From the NCBI GenBank assembly GCA_965228855.1, contig CBDDIJ010000002.1, positions 1,344,001 to 1,408,000 of the forward strand: a stretch of 64,000 nt of DNA. Reading direction: 5' to 3'. Origin of the DNA: Candidatus Obscuribacterales bacterium. Lineage in GTDB: Bacteria; Cyanobacteriota; Vampirovibrionia; Obscuribacterales; Obscuribacteraceae. Below the pieces are notes generated by a model. The model was given only the letters and a program-made list of their open reading frames with translations. It had not been told where the DNA came from and ran no database searches. The translations under genes were made by a program, and so were the position numbers. This document shows positions 48,408-56,641 of this stretch, piece after piece. Position 1 is the first letter of the stretch; each line of letters opens with the position of its first letter.

Positions 48408-50183
48408 TTAACGGCTGGTATCGTCGATAAAGTCTCGAAGTTTTTGACGTTTATGCACGTTTGGTTCGCTTTTCATGGCCTGGCTTACACTTTCGAGCAC
48501 GTCCTTCTTGTGACCTTTCTTTGCAAGTTCTGATAATGTGTCGAAAGCCTCGCGTTGAGTGGAGACTTCTCGTGCTTTCGTCAGACCAACGACCTTTTCC
48601 AGGTCGGAAACAATTTCGAATGTCGCAACGCCTCGCAGCGCTGTCTTTCGCACATCCGCCGCCGGATCGACGAGAGCGTCGCTCAGTCTAGACTGCAGCG
48701 CCGGAATCAGATCTTTCTTTACTGAATCATCTGCCTCGTCCAGCACGGCTATCAAAGACTCCAGTGCTTGGGCGCGCTTATCCGGCGCGTGGTCACTGGT
48801 CGCCTTGATAAGAAACTCCGCCGATTCTCTGGTTGGTAGCGTGCCGAGTGTTTTGAGAATGAGCCAGTAAGTTTTTGCGCTAGCGCGACTTGGCTCCTGG
48901 ACAGGGTTTAGCTGTTTTGGTAGATTGCTTCGTTCGTCTACGTTTACTTTCGCATTTGCAATTTCGATCAGTTTCATCGTCGCTTCATTTGTGTCCAAAC
49001 GGCTCAGGGCCTCGATCGCATTGTCGAGCAAGGGGTGTTCCGGTTTCAAGATCCGTTGGATCCTGGCACTCTCGGAATTCATTTGATGTTTGGCGGCAAA
49101 GTCTATCGCGCTGCGCAGATCGCTCAGTTTCACAGGATCGGAAATGTCAGTTTCTCTGGTGAGTACCTCGAGCGTGTCGCTGACAAGTTGACGGCAGGAA
49201 TCGGAATTCGAGTATGCGATAACCTTCTCGATGTCGCTTTGAGACGGCGGCGACATCAACAAATAGCTGTGATTATTTTCCAGCCAGTGTGCCAGACGCG
49301 TAGCTGTAGTGGCGACCGTGCAGGTTGGTTGATTCTCGACAAGTCTTGCCAGGTAAGGGAAACACTCGGGTGCACCAAGCTCTACAACAGTTTCCTTATT
49401 GAATGTACCTAGCGATGCGTCGAGGAGATCTGAAACGATCTGGCAGCCTACGGCTATCGACTGCTCATCATCACTTTCGAAAAAGATTTGTGGTCGGAGG
49501 ATTCTGGAAACAGCTACTGCGGTGTAGTCCGAATGAGAATGCTTGTTTATCAAAGCCTTCAACAGATTCGGCGATGGTTGTCCGTTTTCAAACTTAGCGA
49601 GCGCTGCGGCCAGGTCTACTTGAATCCAGGGGTCCTCATCGGAGAGGTACTGCACAAGCGCCTCTTCGGCAGAGGGCGCGCTCAGTTTCCCTAAAGCATT
49701 GGCGATATATGGAAACGCATTGCGGGCACCATTGGCGGTGTCATGCAAACTCTGGATCAGTTTATCAACCGTTTCTGTCGCGTTCAGATGCGCAAGCAAC
49801 ATGGCGGCGTTGGCGCGGACCTGCCAGTCCTCATGGAGAAGCGGCACGTCCTCGTAAGAGAGTGCTTCCTCGTTGACGTCGGGCGCGAGAACTTTGATTA
49901 GAACTGCGTGGTCGGTGTAGTCCGCGAAAATTGTTTTCAGTTTTTCTTCCCACCAGAGTGGCGCCAGTTTGAGTAGCGATGCCACTTGCTGGCTACTCTC
50001 CGACTCAATCGCCAGCTTCATATCTGCGCGCACATCTTTGAATTGACGCTGATTTTCGGGGGATGTCCCGACGAGCCCGTTGTAGAGCATGAAGTGCTCG
50101 AGCTCGAAATCGTCCGGTTTTACGGGCGTTTTTTCAGCAAAAATTGAGGTTATCTTTTTGATCCACTTTGCAAATACCGGCAT
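48408..50183 (-). CDS. HEAT/PBS-lyase repeat protein
   Basis: HEDWQVRANAAMLL, DEDPWIQVDLAAAL, DPAADVRKTAL. ATG 50183 follows GAGGT. Confidence 0.8.
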   Translation of the reverse strand: MPVFAKWIKKITSIFAEKTPVKPDDFELEHFMLYNGLVGTSPENQRQFKDVRADMKLAIESESSQQVASLLKLAPLWWEEKLKTIFADYTDHAVLIKVLAPDVNEEALSYEDVPLLHEDWQVRANAAMLLAHLNATETVDKLIQSLHDTANGARNAFPYIANALGKLSAPSAEEALVQYLSDEDPWIQVDLAAALAKFENGQPSPNLLKALINKHSHSDYTAVAVSRILRPQIFFESDDEQSIAVGCQIVSDLLDASLGTFNKETVVELGAPECFPYLARLVENQPTCTVATTATRLAHWLENNHSYLLMSPPSQSDIEKVIAYSNSDSCRQLVSDTLEVLTRETDISDPVKLSDLRSAIDFAAKHQMNSESARIQRILKPEHPLLDNAIEALSRLDTNEATMKLIEIANAKVNVDERSNLPKQLNPVQEPSRASAKTYWLILKTLGTLPTRESAEFLIKATSDHAPDKRAQALESLIAVLDEADDSVKKDLIPALQSRLSDALVDPAADVRKTALRGVATFEIVSDLEKVVGLTKAREVSTQREAFDTLSELAKKGHKKDVLESVSQAMKSEPNVHKRQKLRDFIDDTSR

Positions 50184-50363
50184 GTAAACAGACTTGACCT
50201 CGTGTAACGCCGAAAACCCGAACAGACTAGCAGTTAGCAAACCTGCTTGATCACAGCATTGTAGAATAGCAGAACATAATAGAAAGTTGCCGCCATATTG
50301 CTAAAATGTAGAGCTTAACCGGGTTTTAGAACGGATTGAATCACTCTTCATCTGGAGGACAAC

Positions 50364-51500
50364 GTGAACACTTTTTTGAGTGCAGAGCAGGACGCATTTT
50401 TGGCTCGTTGCAGAGCCCACGCCACCGAGCATATCGCCCCGTTAGCCGGTGATCTTGATGAAGGAAGGCAGTCCTTCCGTGACGTAGTGTCAGGTCTGGG
50501 TCAGGAAGGTCTTCTTGGATCTTTCGTGGCGAAAGAATACGGTGGTCAAGGCGCGCCTTTCGTGAATCTCGTTCTTCTCGCCGAGGCGTTGTCTGAGTTT
50601 GATCCTGGTCTGGCATTGAGTCTTGCCGCGCACGCGCAGGTGATTGAGCTGCTCTCGAAGTATGGAACCGATACCCAGAAGTCCCGCTACTTGCCACTTC
50701 TGGCGAGAGGCGAGTGCATCGGCGCTTTTGCGCTTAGCGAAGAAACCGCCGGCAGCGACTACGCGGCGATGAAAACCAGTGCCGCCGTCAGCGGCGGAAA
50801 GTGCATTTTGACCGGCGAGAAAAGCTGGGTTGTCAACGGAAGCGTTGCAAACCTCGCTCTGGTAGTCGCTAAAGACGATGCAGCGAAACTTTCGATCTGG
50901 CTCGTGGACCTCGACAACGCCGACAAATCAAAGGTTGAAATCGGTTCAAATCGTAAAAAACTCGGATTGCGCTCCGCGGCGACCAACGATATCAGTTTCA
51001 AAGGACTGGAATTGGCTCAGGACGCAGTTCTCGGCAGTCCCGAAGTTGCGGAAACCGCTATTCGTGAGGCCATGGACGTCAGCAAAGTTCTAGTTGCGGC
51101 AGCCGCGACAGGGCTTATGAACTCCGCAATCACCCATAGCGTCTACAGAGCCCGTACTCGTGAGCAGTTCGGCGGAAACATAGGCAAGCTTCAAGCGATC
51201 CAGTGGAAACTGGCAGACATGTCTGCAGACTCAAGCGCCGCCAAGCTTCTGACCTATCGCGCCGCCTGGAGCAAAGACGAAGCACCGGAAGAGTTCAGCA
51301 AAGACGCTGCCATGTGCAAGTTTTACGCCGCCAAGACCGCTCGGGTTCATAGCGCCGAGGCTGTTCAAGTCTTTGGATCGCTCGGCGTCAGCGATGATGA
51401 GCCGATCGAGAAGCTTTACCGCGATGCTAAAGTTACTGAAATCGCGGAAGGCACTTCCGAAATCCAGAAGAACATAATCGCGAAAGAAGTCGGAGTTTAG
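50364..51500 (+). CDS. Acyl-CoA dehydrogenase
   Basis: AFALSEETAGSD, GEKSWVVNG, REQFG, QAIQWKLADM, YRDAKVTEIAEGTSEIQ. Confidence 0.95.
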   Translation: MNTFLSAEQDAFLARCRAHATEHIAPLAGDLDEGRQSFRDVVSGLGQEGLLGSFVAKEYGGQGAPFVNLVLLAEALSEFDPGLALSLAAHAQVIELLSKYGTDTQKSRYLPLLARGECIGAFALSEETAGSDYAAMKTSAAVSGGKCILTGEKSWVVNGSVANLALVVAKDDAAKLSIWLVDLDNADKSKVEIGSNRKKLGLRSAATNDISFKGLELAQDAVLGSPEVAETAIREAMDVSKVLVAAAATGLMNSAITHSVYRARTREQFGGNIGKLQAIQWKLADMSADSSAAKLLTYRAAWSKDEAPEEFSKDAAMCKFYAAKTARVHSAEAVQVFGSLGVSDDEPIEKLYRDAKVTEIAEGTSEIQKNIIAKEVGV

Positions 51501-51519
51501 CCGCTCTGAAACTTTCAGG

Positions 51520-51557
51520 TCGCGCGCGATGTCTTCGGTGGCAAAGCGCGCGATTTT
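51520..51557 (+). terminator. Probable intrinsic terminator
   Basis: TCGCGCGC/GCGCGCGA stem followed by TTTT, 20 nt after the ACAD stop. Confidence 0.5.
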
Positions 51558-51630
51558 GTCGTTCAATACAATGTATTGTGTTGAATCAGGCGTGGAATAT
51601 TCAACTTGACGTAGTTGCTGGAGATGCAAA

Positions 51631-52989
51631 GTGTCTTACAAAAAATCACTGCACAAAGGGCGAATGCTTTTGTTAGGTCTGGCTCTCGCCGGAGTTGCAA
51701 GCGGTTTCGCCATAGAACCGGCTGACGCCGTGAGCGCGGATTTCATTGAAGGAACACAGCTGTATCACCGGAAACAATACCGCGCGGCGCTTGGGAAGTT
51801 CGCAGCCACGCTGAAAGCCTATCCGGGCGACGGTAGTTGTTACTACTACATGGGCGCTTGTTATCAGAATCTTCGGGATATTCCGCACGCCAAGCAGATG
51901 TACGCGGAGGCGATTAAGTACGGAAAGAGCCAACCTCCCGGTGAAAACGCTCTCAAGGCTTTGCTCGCGATTGATGTCGAGTACGCCAAGTCCGTGGTGC
52001 CGCCATGGAATTGGAAGCTCCAGAAGATGTTGCCTGGTGGTGGTCGATTCGGCAACCCTGATGGCACCGGGCCGATGCAGACGGCGTCTTCGTCATCGTC
52101 TTCAGGCTCCAGTCGCGTGCAGACTTATGCTCGCAGTGCGTCATCATCAGCTTCTTCAACGCAGAGTGCAACCGACGCATCGCTTCCGGCTAACGGCAAA
52201 ATTCCGATCGTTGATAATCCGTTCGGCAACAACATGACCTATGTGACCGGTTATATCAACGGCAAAAAGGTCGATCATATGCTGTTTGATACTGGAGCCG
52301 AGATGGTGCTTTTCGGTCGAAACCATTTGCGCGATCTTGGAATCCCGGAGCCGACCGGACCGGCGACCTCCACTGTCAAAGGCGTGGGCGGTTCGCAAGA
52401 TGCCTGGCGCATGCAAGTTGATTTGCAAGTCGGCAATATTCAACGGCACAATTTTACGATTACAGTTCAACAACAGATGAATGCCGCGCCGCTGCTCGGG
52501 CAGAATTTCTACAAGGACTATCAGTGTCAGGTCGATAAGCCAGGTCGCCAGATTGTTCTGACGCGCAGTGACGTCTATAAGAGTTCGATTGCGAGCGCGA
52601 CTCCGTATGGCAATGTCAACAATGTTCCTTTCACGCGGCAGGGAAATCTGGTTGTAGTTCAAGTCGAAATTAATGGACGGCGCGTGCCGATGGTGTTGGA
52701 TACTGGCGCTGATAAAACTCAGTTTACGAAAGAGCAACTTTCTCAAGCAGCGGTGACGATTCCGCAGGATGTGACTGTTGGTTCGATGAACGGGGTCGGC
52801 GGCCAAACGACATCTGTGATGTTTCCTGTCAGTCGTGTAAAGATGGGACCGATTGATAAGTCCAATTTCCCGATTACAGTGGTGCAGCAGGCGCATATGC
52901 CGTATCCGCTTCTGGGGCAGGATTTCTTTGGTGATTACCGGTACTCTATTGATACGGTCAATAACGCTATCAAGTTTCAGGGGCGCTGA
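51631..52989 (+). CDS. Secreted TPR protein with two retropepsin-like aspartic protease domains
   Basis: Signal peptide, TPR helices, Ser-rich linker, LFDTGA..PLLGQNF and VLDTGA..PLLGQDF. Confidence 0.85.
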   Translation: MSYKKSLHKGRMLLLGLALAGVASGFAIEPADAVSADFIEGTQLYHRKQYRAALGKFAATLKAYPGDGSCYYYMGACYQNLRDIPHAKQMYAEAIKYGKSQPPGENALKALLAIDVEYAKSVVPPWNWKLQKMLPGGGRFGNPDGTGPMQTASSSSSSGSSRVQTYARSASSSASSTQSATDASLPANGKIPIVDNPFGNNMTYVTGYINGKKVDHMLFDTGAEMVLFGRNHLRDLGIPEPTGPATSTVKGVGGSQDAWRMQVDLQVGNIQRHNFTITVQQQMNAAPLLGQNFYKDYQCQVDKPGRQIVLTRSDVYKSSIASATPYGNVNNVPFTRQGNLVVVQVEINGRRVPMVLDTGADKTQFTKEQLSQAAVTIPQDVTVGSMNGVGGQTTSVMFPVSRVKMGPIDKSNFPITVVQQAHMPYPLLGQDFFGDYRYSIDTVNNAIKFQGR

Positions 52990-53762
52990 TGCCACTTTCG
53001 GTTGTTATCGTCGCTCAGGATGAAGAACGTACTATCGGTCGTGTAATCGAAGCGGTTAAACCAATCGCCGATGAAGTCGTGCTTGTTGATTCCGGCTCCA
53101 GCGATAAAACAATCGAAATCGCAACCAGTCTTGGCGCTCGCGTTCTGCACCAGGACTGGCTCGGCTATGCGGGGCAGAAGAACTTCGCTATCGACCTTGC
53201 TAAGAATGACTGGATTCTAAGCCTGGACGCAGATGAGATTTTGACACCGGAGCTGGTGGCGGAGATTAGCGAGGTTTTGAACGATCCGAATGCCACCGAA
53301 TACGATGGCTATAAATTACCGCGGGTGCTCTACATAGGCGATACTCCTATCAAGCACGGTGGTTTCTATCCCGATGCGCAGCTCCGGCTGATCCAGCGTG
53401 GTAAAGGGCGATTCAACGATCGGATGGTTCACGAGGCGATCAAGGTCGACGGGCCTGTGAAGATGTTGAAAAACTGCATGCTGCATTATGCGTACAAAGA
53501 CGTCGCCGGTTTTTCTGCCGCGATGGAAAAATATGCGCAATTGTCTGCGAAAGAATTTGCGAAACGCAAAAAATTCGGGTGGAAAACTCATCCAGTCAAT
53601 GAAGTCTTGCATCCGGCCTGGACGTTTCTCTACCGTTACTTCGCTCGGGGAGGGCTTTTAGATGGCGCGCTTGGTTTAAAGCTCGCGAATATTTACAGCG
53701 ATTATGTGCGCAAGAAAATTCGCTATTTGCGTGAACTCGAAAAGAGCGATGTGCGCTCGTAA
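52989..53762 (+). CDS. Glycosyltransferase family 2 (WaaE/KdtX-like)
   Basis: VDSGSSD, GYAGQKN, WILSLDADE, YPD, VHE. TGATG coupling. Confidence 0.9.
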   Translation: MPLSVVIVAQDEERTIGRVIEAVKPIADEVVLVDSGSSDKTIEIATSLGARVLHQDWLGYAGQKNFAIDLAKNDWILSLDADEILTPELVAEISEVLNDPNATEYDGYKLPRVLYIGDTPIKHGGFYPDAQLRLIQRGKGRFNDRMVHEAIKVDGPVKMLKNCMLHYAYKDVAGFSAAMEKYAQLSAKEFAKRKKFGWKTHPVNEVLHPAWTFLYRYFARGGLLDGALGLKLANIYSDYVRKKIRYLRELEKSDVRS

Positions 53763-53765
53763 CGG

Positions 53766-54323
53766 TTAAGTGTTATTGCTGAAAACCGGTTCTGGGGGCG
53801 CGTCTTCGTGCTCGATTAAAACGAGGTGCCACCAACCGACGTCGTGCCAGTTGCCGAGTTTGTATCCGACCTTTTTGTAAACGCCAACCTTTTGAAATCC
53901 CATTTTCTCGTGTAGACGAACGCTGGCCTCGTTTGGCAATGTTACCCCTGCATAGGCGTTATAGAAGCCGCGCTCACGAAGAATTTCGAACAGATGTGTA
54001 TAGAGTTTCGTGCCGAGACCTTGATTGCGTTTTTTCTCTGAAATATAGATTGAAACGTCGACGCTCCATCTGTACGCCGCGCGCTCCTTATGCGGGCTTG
54101 CATATGCATATGCGTTAATTCCGTCGTCGTCGGCATCTACGAGCCACAAGTGAGTGGAGTTGCATTTTTCGATTCGCGAACGCATCTCTTCCACAGTAGG
54201 CGGAACGAGTTCAAAACTAACGATGCTGTCTTCGCAGAATGGCGCATAGATTTCCAAAATTCCCTGCGCATCACCCGCCGTCGCTTGCCGAATCAATCCA
54301 GCCTCACTACTATATGGTTTCAT
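53766..54323 (-). CDS. GNAT N-acetyltransferase (YncA/Pat-like)
   Basis: SFELVPP, RAAYRWS, QGLGTKLY, PNEASVRLHEKMGF, GYKLGNWHDV. Confidence 0.92.
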   Translation of the reverse strand: MKPYSSEAGLIRQATAGDAQGILEIYAPFCEDSIVSFELVPPTVEEMRSRIEKCNSTHLWLVDADDDGINAYAYASPHKERAAYRWSVDVSIYISEKKRNQGLGTKLYTHLFEILRERGFYNAYAGVTLPNEASVRLHEKMGFQKVGVYKKVGYKLGNWHDVGWWHLVLIEHEDAPPEPVFSNNT

Positions 54324-54494
54324 ATCGATGTTTTTCTGAAAGCCCCGGAGGTGCTTGATTTGGAGATGCCGGCAAAAGATCGGCTTCCAAATTTTTCCGT
54401 TTGTCTACGATGCGATGCCGGATTTCCTGAAAAACGTCATCGTACCATAGACAACAGATCGTTCAAATGCGCGGCTGATTTGCAAATGGGAGGC

Positions 54495-55331
54495 TCAGGT
54501 TTGTATATTTGAAACAGCTGCGTGCTTGCAGTCTAGAATCCAACAGAAGAGCCGGTCATAAACCTCTTGCGCGCATTCGTCTAGATTGTGCGTGCCGATG
54601 AAAAACGCTATTTGCTTATCGCCTTTTGCCTCTTTCCATATTGCCTTTGACCAGGCTGTGGGTTCAATTGGATCCAGCAATCCGGTCATCACAAGCGTTC
54701 TAACATTCATGCTCGATATTCTTTCAGCCCCGTAAGGCTGGCTTGCCATGGGCACAACGCCGACCACGCTCGGCTCAAATGATGAGCCGCCAATCGCTGC
54801 TGCACCACCAAGCGAATGACCGACGACGACAACCTTTTTTATGCCAGTACTGTTTAAATATTGAATCGCCGCGCGAACATCATGGACCGTTTCCGGAAAC
54901 TCCGTTGGATGGCGAAAACATAGATGAACAGTGTGTATTGATTTGCTGGCGCCGGACGTTCCGAGCTTGTGGAACAAACCGCGAGCCGGCGACCAGAAGG
55001 CACCGGATACGCCACCAGCGACAACGACGCCTAACTGTGCATTTTTGACCGGATAATTTCTCAGTTTAATTGCGCCGCGGTTCGACATCAACGTAACGTA
55101 CCGCGAGCCTGCCTCTTCGACTATCTTGCTAATCTGCGGTTCGCTGGTGTCTTTCCAACTATCATCCATCACTTTCGGAATGGGCAGATGTAGGTTTATG
55201 CCATGCTGAAGAAGTGTTTGGTAGAACGGATTGGCGTCGTAAAAGAGCGCCATTCCGAAAAGTAGAAGGTACCAGGGACGCAGTCGGGTGAAAACAGTTC
55301 GAGACTGTTCTTTGGAAGGCTTGCTTTTCAA
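54495..55331 (-). CDS. Membrane-anchored alpha/beta hydrolase
   Basis: N-terminal TM, GHSLGG, GLLD, GTH (Ser-Asp-His). Confidence 0.8.
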   Translation of the reverse strand: MKSKPSKEQSRTVFTRLRPWYLLLFGMALFYDANPFYQTLLQHGINLHLPIPKVMDDSWKDTSEPQISKIVEEAGSRYVTLMSNRGAIKLRNYPVKNAQLGVVVAGGVSGAFWSPARGLFHKLGTSGASKSIHTVHLCFRHPTEFPETVHDVRAAIQYLNSTGIKKVVVVGHSLGGAAAIGGSSFEPSVVGVVPMASQPYGAERISSMNVRTLVMTGLLDPIEPTAWSKAIWKEAKGDKQIAFFIGTHNLDECAQEVYDRLFCWILDCKHAAVSNIQT

Positions 55332-55649
55332 CTGGAAACTCCGCGCGCAAAAACAGGTGCCACCACAGGCGGCATCGCTATGGGAAACAGTTCTGCTAAC
55401 TGAGATCCATCATAGTCGCGGGTACTTCAACTCGCCAAGGTCGCGGGCGGTTTTTGATAAACAATTGGAAACGATATATCTCGTCGAGGTAGTCGATGGT
55501 GTCTACGCCAGAATGCCGAATTTTCGAAAAAGCGTAGCCAGATAGCCAAAGTTGCCCGCAAAAATTGGTCCATTCCGCAAACGCCCGTGTGCCAATCATT
55601 CTGCTGGATGGAGAGGACTGTCATATATAGTAGGAGGGCTGTTGGAGAC

Positions 55650-55955
55650 TTACTCGGAGGATTCGCCGAGGAGTTCGGCTAGGAGGAGGCGGTATTTGCG
55701 CAGGTTTTCTTCGTAGGATTGGGTCGGGGCTGGGCGAACCGCTTCGGTTTCTTTCAGCCAGGGGGCGTGATCGTTCAGCGCCTCTTCGGTTACCCAGCGT
55801 CTGGCCAGCAAAATATCCTCGACATTCATCCCAGTTGCTTCATGGTCTGAAATGACGAGGTTTGCTTGCGCCTGTGAGATCACTTTGCTGTCGACGAGCT
55901 TACTCAACAACTCTTGATCACGGGCATCCAGGTTGTTTTGTTCGGGTGCGACCAC
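55650..55955 (-). CDS. Small protein with a degenerate MshEN/T2SSE-N-like repeat
   Basis: LVDSKVISQAQANLVISDH..MNVEDILLARRWVTEEAL. GTG start overlaps the KH stop (TAGTG). Confidence 0.55.
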   Translation of the reverse strand: MVAPEQNNLDARDQELLSKLVDSKVISQAQANLVISDHEATGMNVEDILLARRWVTEEALNDHAPWLKETEAVRPAPTQSYEENLRKYRLLLAELLGESSE

Positions 55956-56341
55956 TAAGAGACCACTATGTCGACTCGTTTTCCGTAGCGTCCGGCAGCC
56001 GCCTTGATCAGAAATCGCAGCGCCGAGATGGTTCTGCCGTCCTTGCCGATCAAGCGTCCAGTGACTGCAGGATCGCATTTGACGCTCACCCGGCTTCTGC
56101 GTGGACCGAAGCTCTTCCGTTCGAACATGAGCGAATCAGGCTCTTTGGCAAGAACCTTCAATATATACTCGGCCAGATCCTCAGGTGCCTGAGTCTGGAT
56201 TAGCTTTGTCGGGAAGCGCCTTTGGCCGCCGCTGCCCCCGCGGTACCCGCCGCCGGAGCCGCCGCGGTATCCGCCGCCGCTGCCGCCTTTCTTATAAGAC
56301 CCGCTACCGTATCGCTTGGTTGAGCGCCGTTTTTCATCCAT
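55955..56341 (-). CDS. khpA: KH-domain RNA-binding protein (KhpA/YlqC-like) with an N-terminal Gly/Tyr/Arg repeat
   Basis: [25 protein letters not shown] (GxxG loop), usual position after rpsP. The only in-frame canonical start upstream of the KH helix is ATG 56341. Confidence 0.85.
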   Translation of the reverse strand: MDEKRRSTKRYGSGSYKKGGSGGGYRGGSGGGYRGGSGGQRRFPTKLIQTQAPEDLAEYILKVLAKEPDSLMFERKSFGPRRSRVSVKCDPAVTGRLIGKDGRTISALRFLIKAAAGRYGKRVDIVVS

Positions 56342-56505
56342 CGGTCAACTGCTTCTCTATCTAATTTGAGTTCTTTAGATCGCGGATTGTAGTATCCGAC
56401 TTCTTCAATCGGTTTGCCATCGCGGCGCGTGCGTCCGTCTACAGCAACGATTCTGTAGTGTGGGGCTTTCTTGGCGCCTATGCGCTTAAGCCGAATCTTT
56501 ACCAC
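56200..56505 (-). CDS. rpsP: 30S ribosomal protein S16
   Basis: [36 protein letters not shown]. Ala-rich tail. Confidence 0.97.
   Translation of the reverse strand: MVKIRLKRIGAKKAPHYRIVAVDGRTRRDGKPIEEVGYYNPRSKELKLDREAVDRWMKNGAQPSDTVAGLIRKAAAAADTAAAPAAGTAGAAAAKGASRQS
56225..56287 (-). repeat. 24-nt tandem repeat (about 2.6 copies) in the rpsP/KH overlap
   Basis: ggc ggc agc ggc ggc gga tac cgc / ggc ggc tcc ggc ggc ggg tac cgc / ggg ggc agc ggc ggc. Confidence 0.9.
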
Positions 56506-56641
56506 TTGTTGTCCCTCTTGAGTTCTTGCAAGTCACTAAAATTGAATGTGAATCGCTATTTTACCAGGTCTATATGCATATACCGCCAGATCTAGTGTAA
56601 AGCGAGCTTTGCATTAGTTATCGATCGGCGGTTATTGGAGT

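Noticed and set aside
52156..52995. 279-aa minus-strand ORF
   Set aside because: Antisense shadow of the retropepsin gene with no motifs.
55332..55649. Short ORFs (65-85 aa) or an RNA in this spacer
   Set aside because: No recognisable motifs, RBS or stable structure seen.
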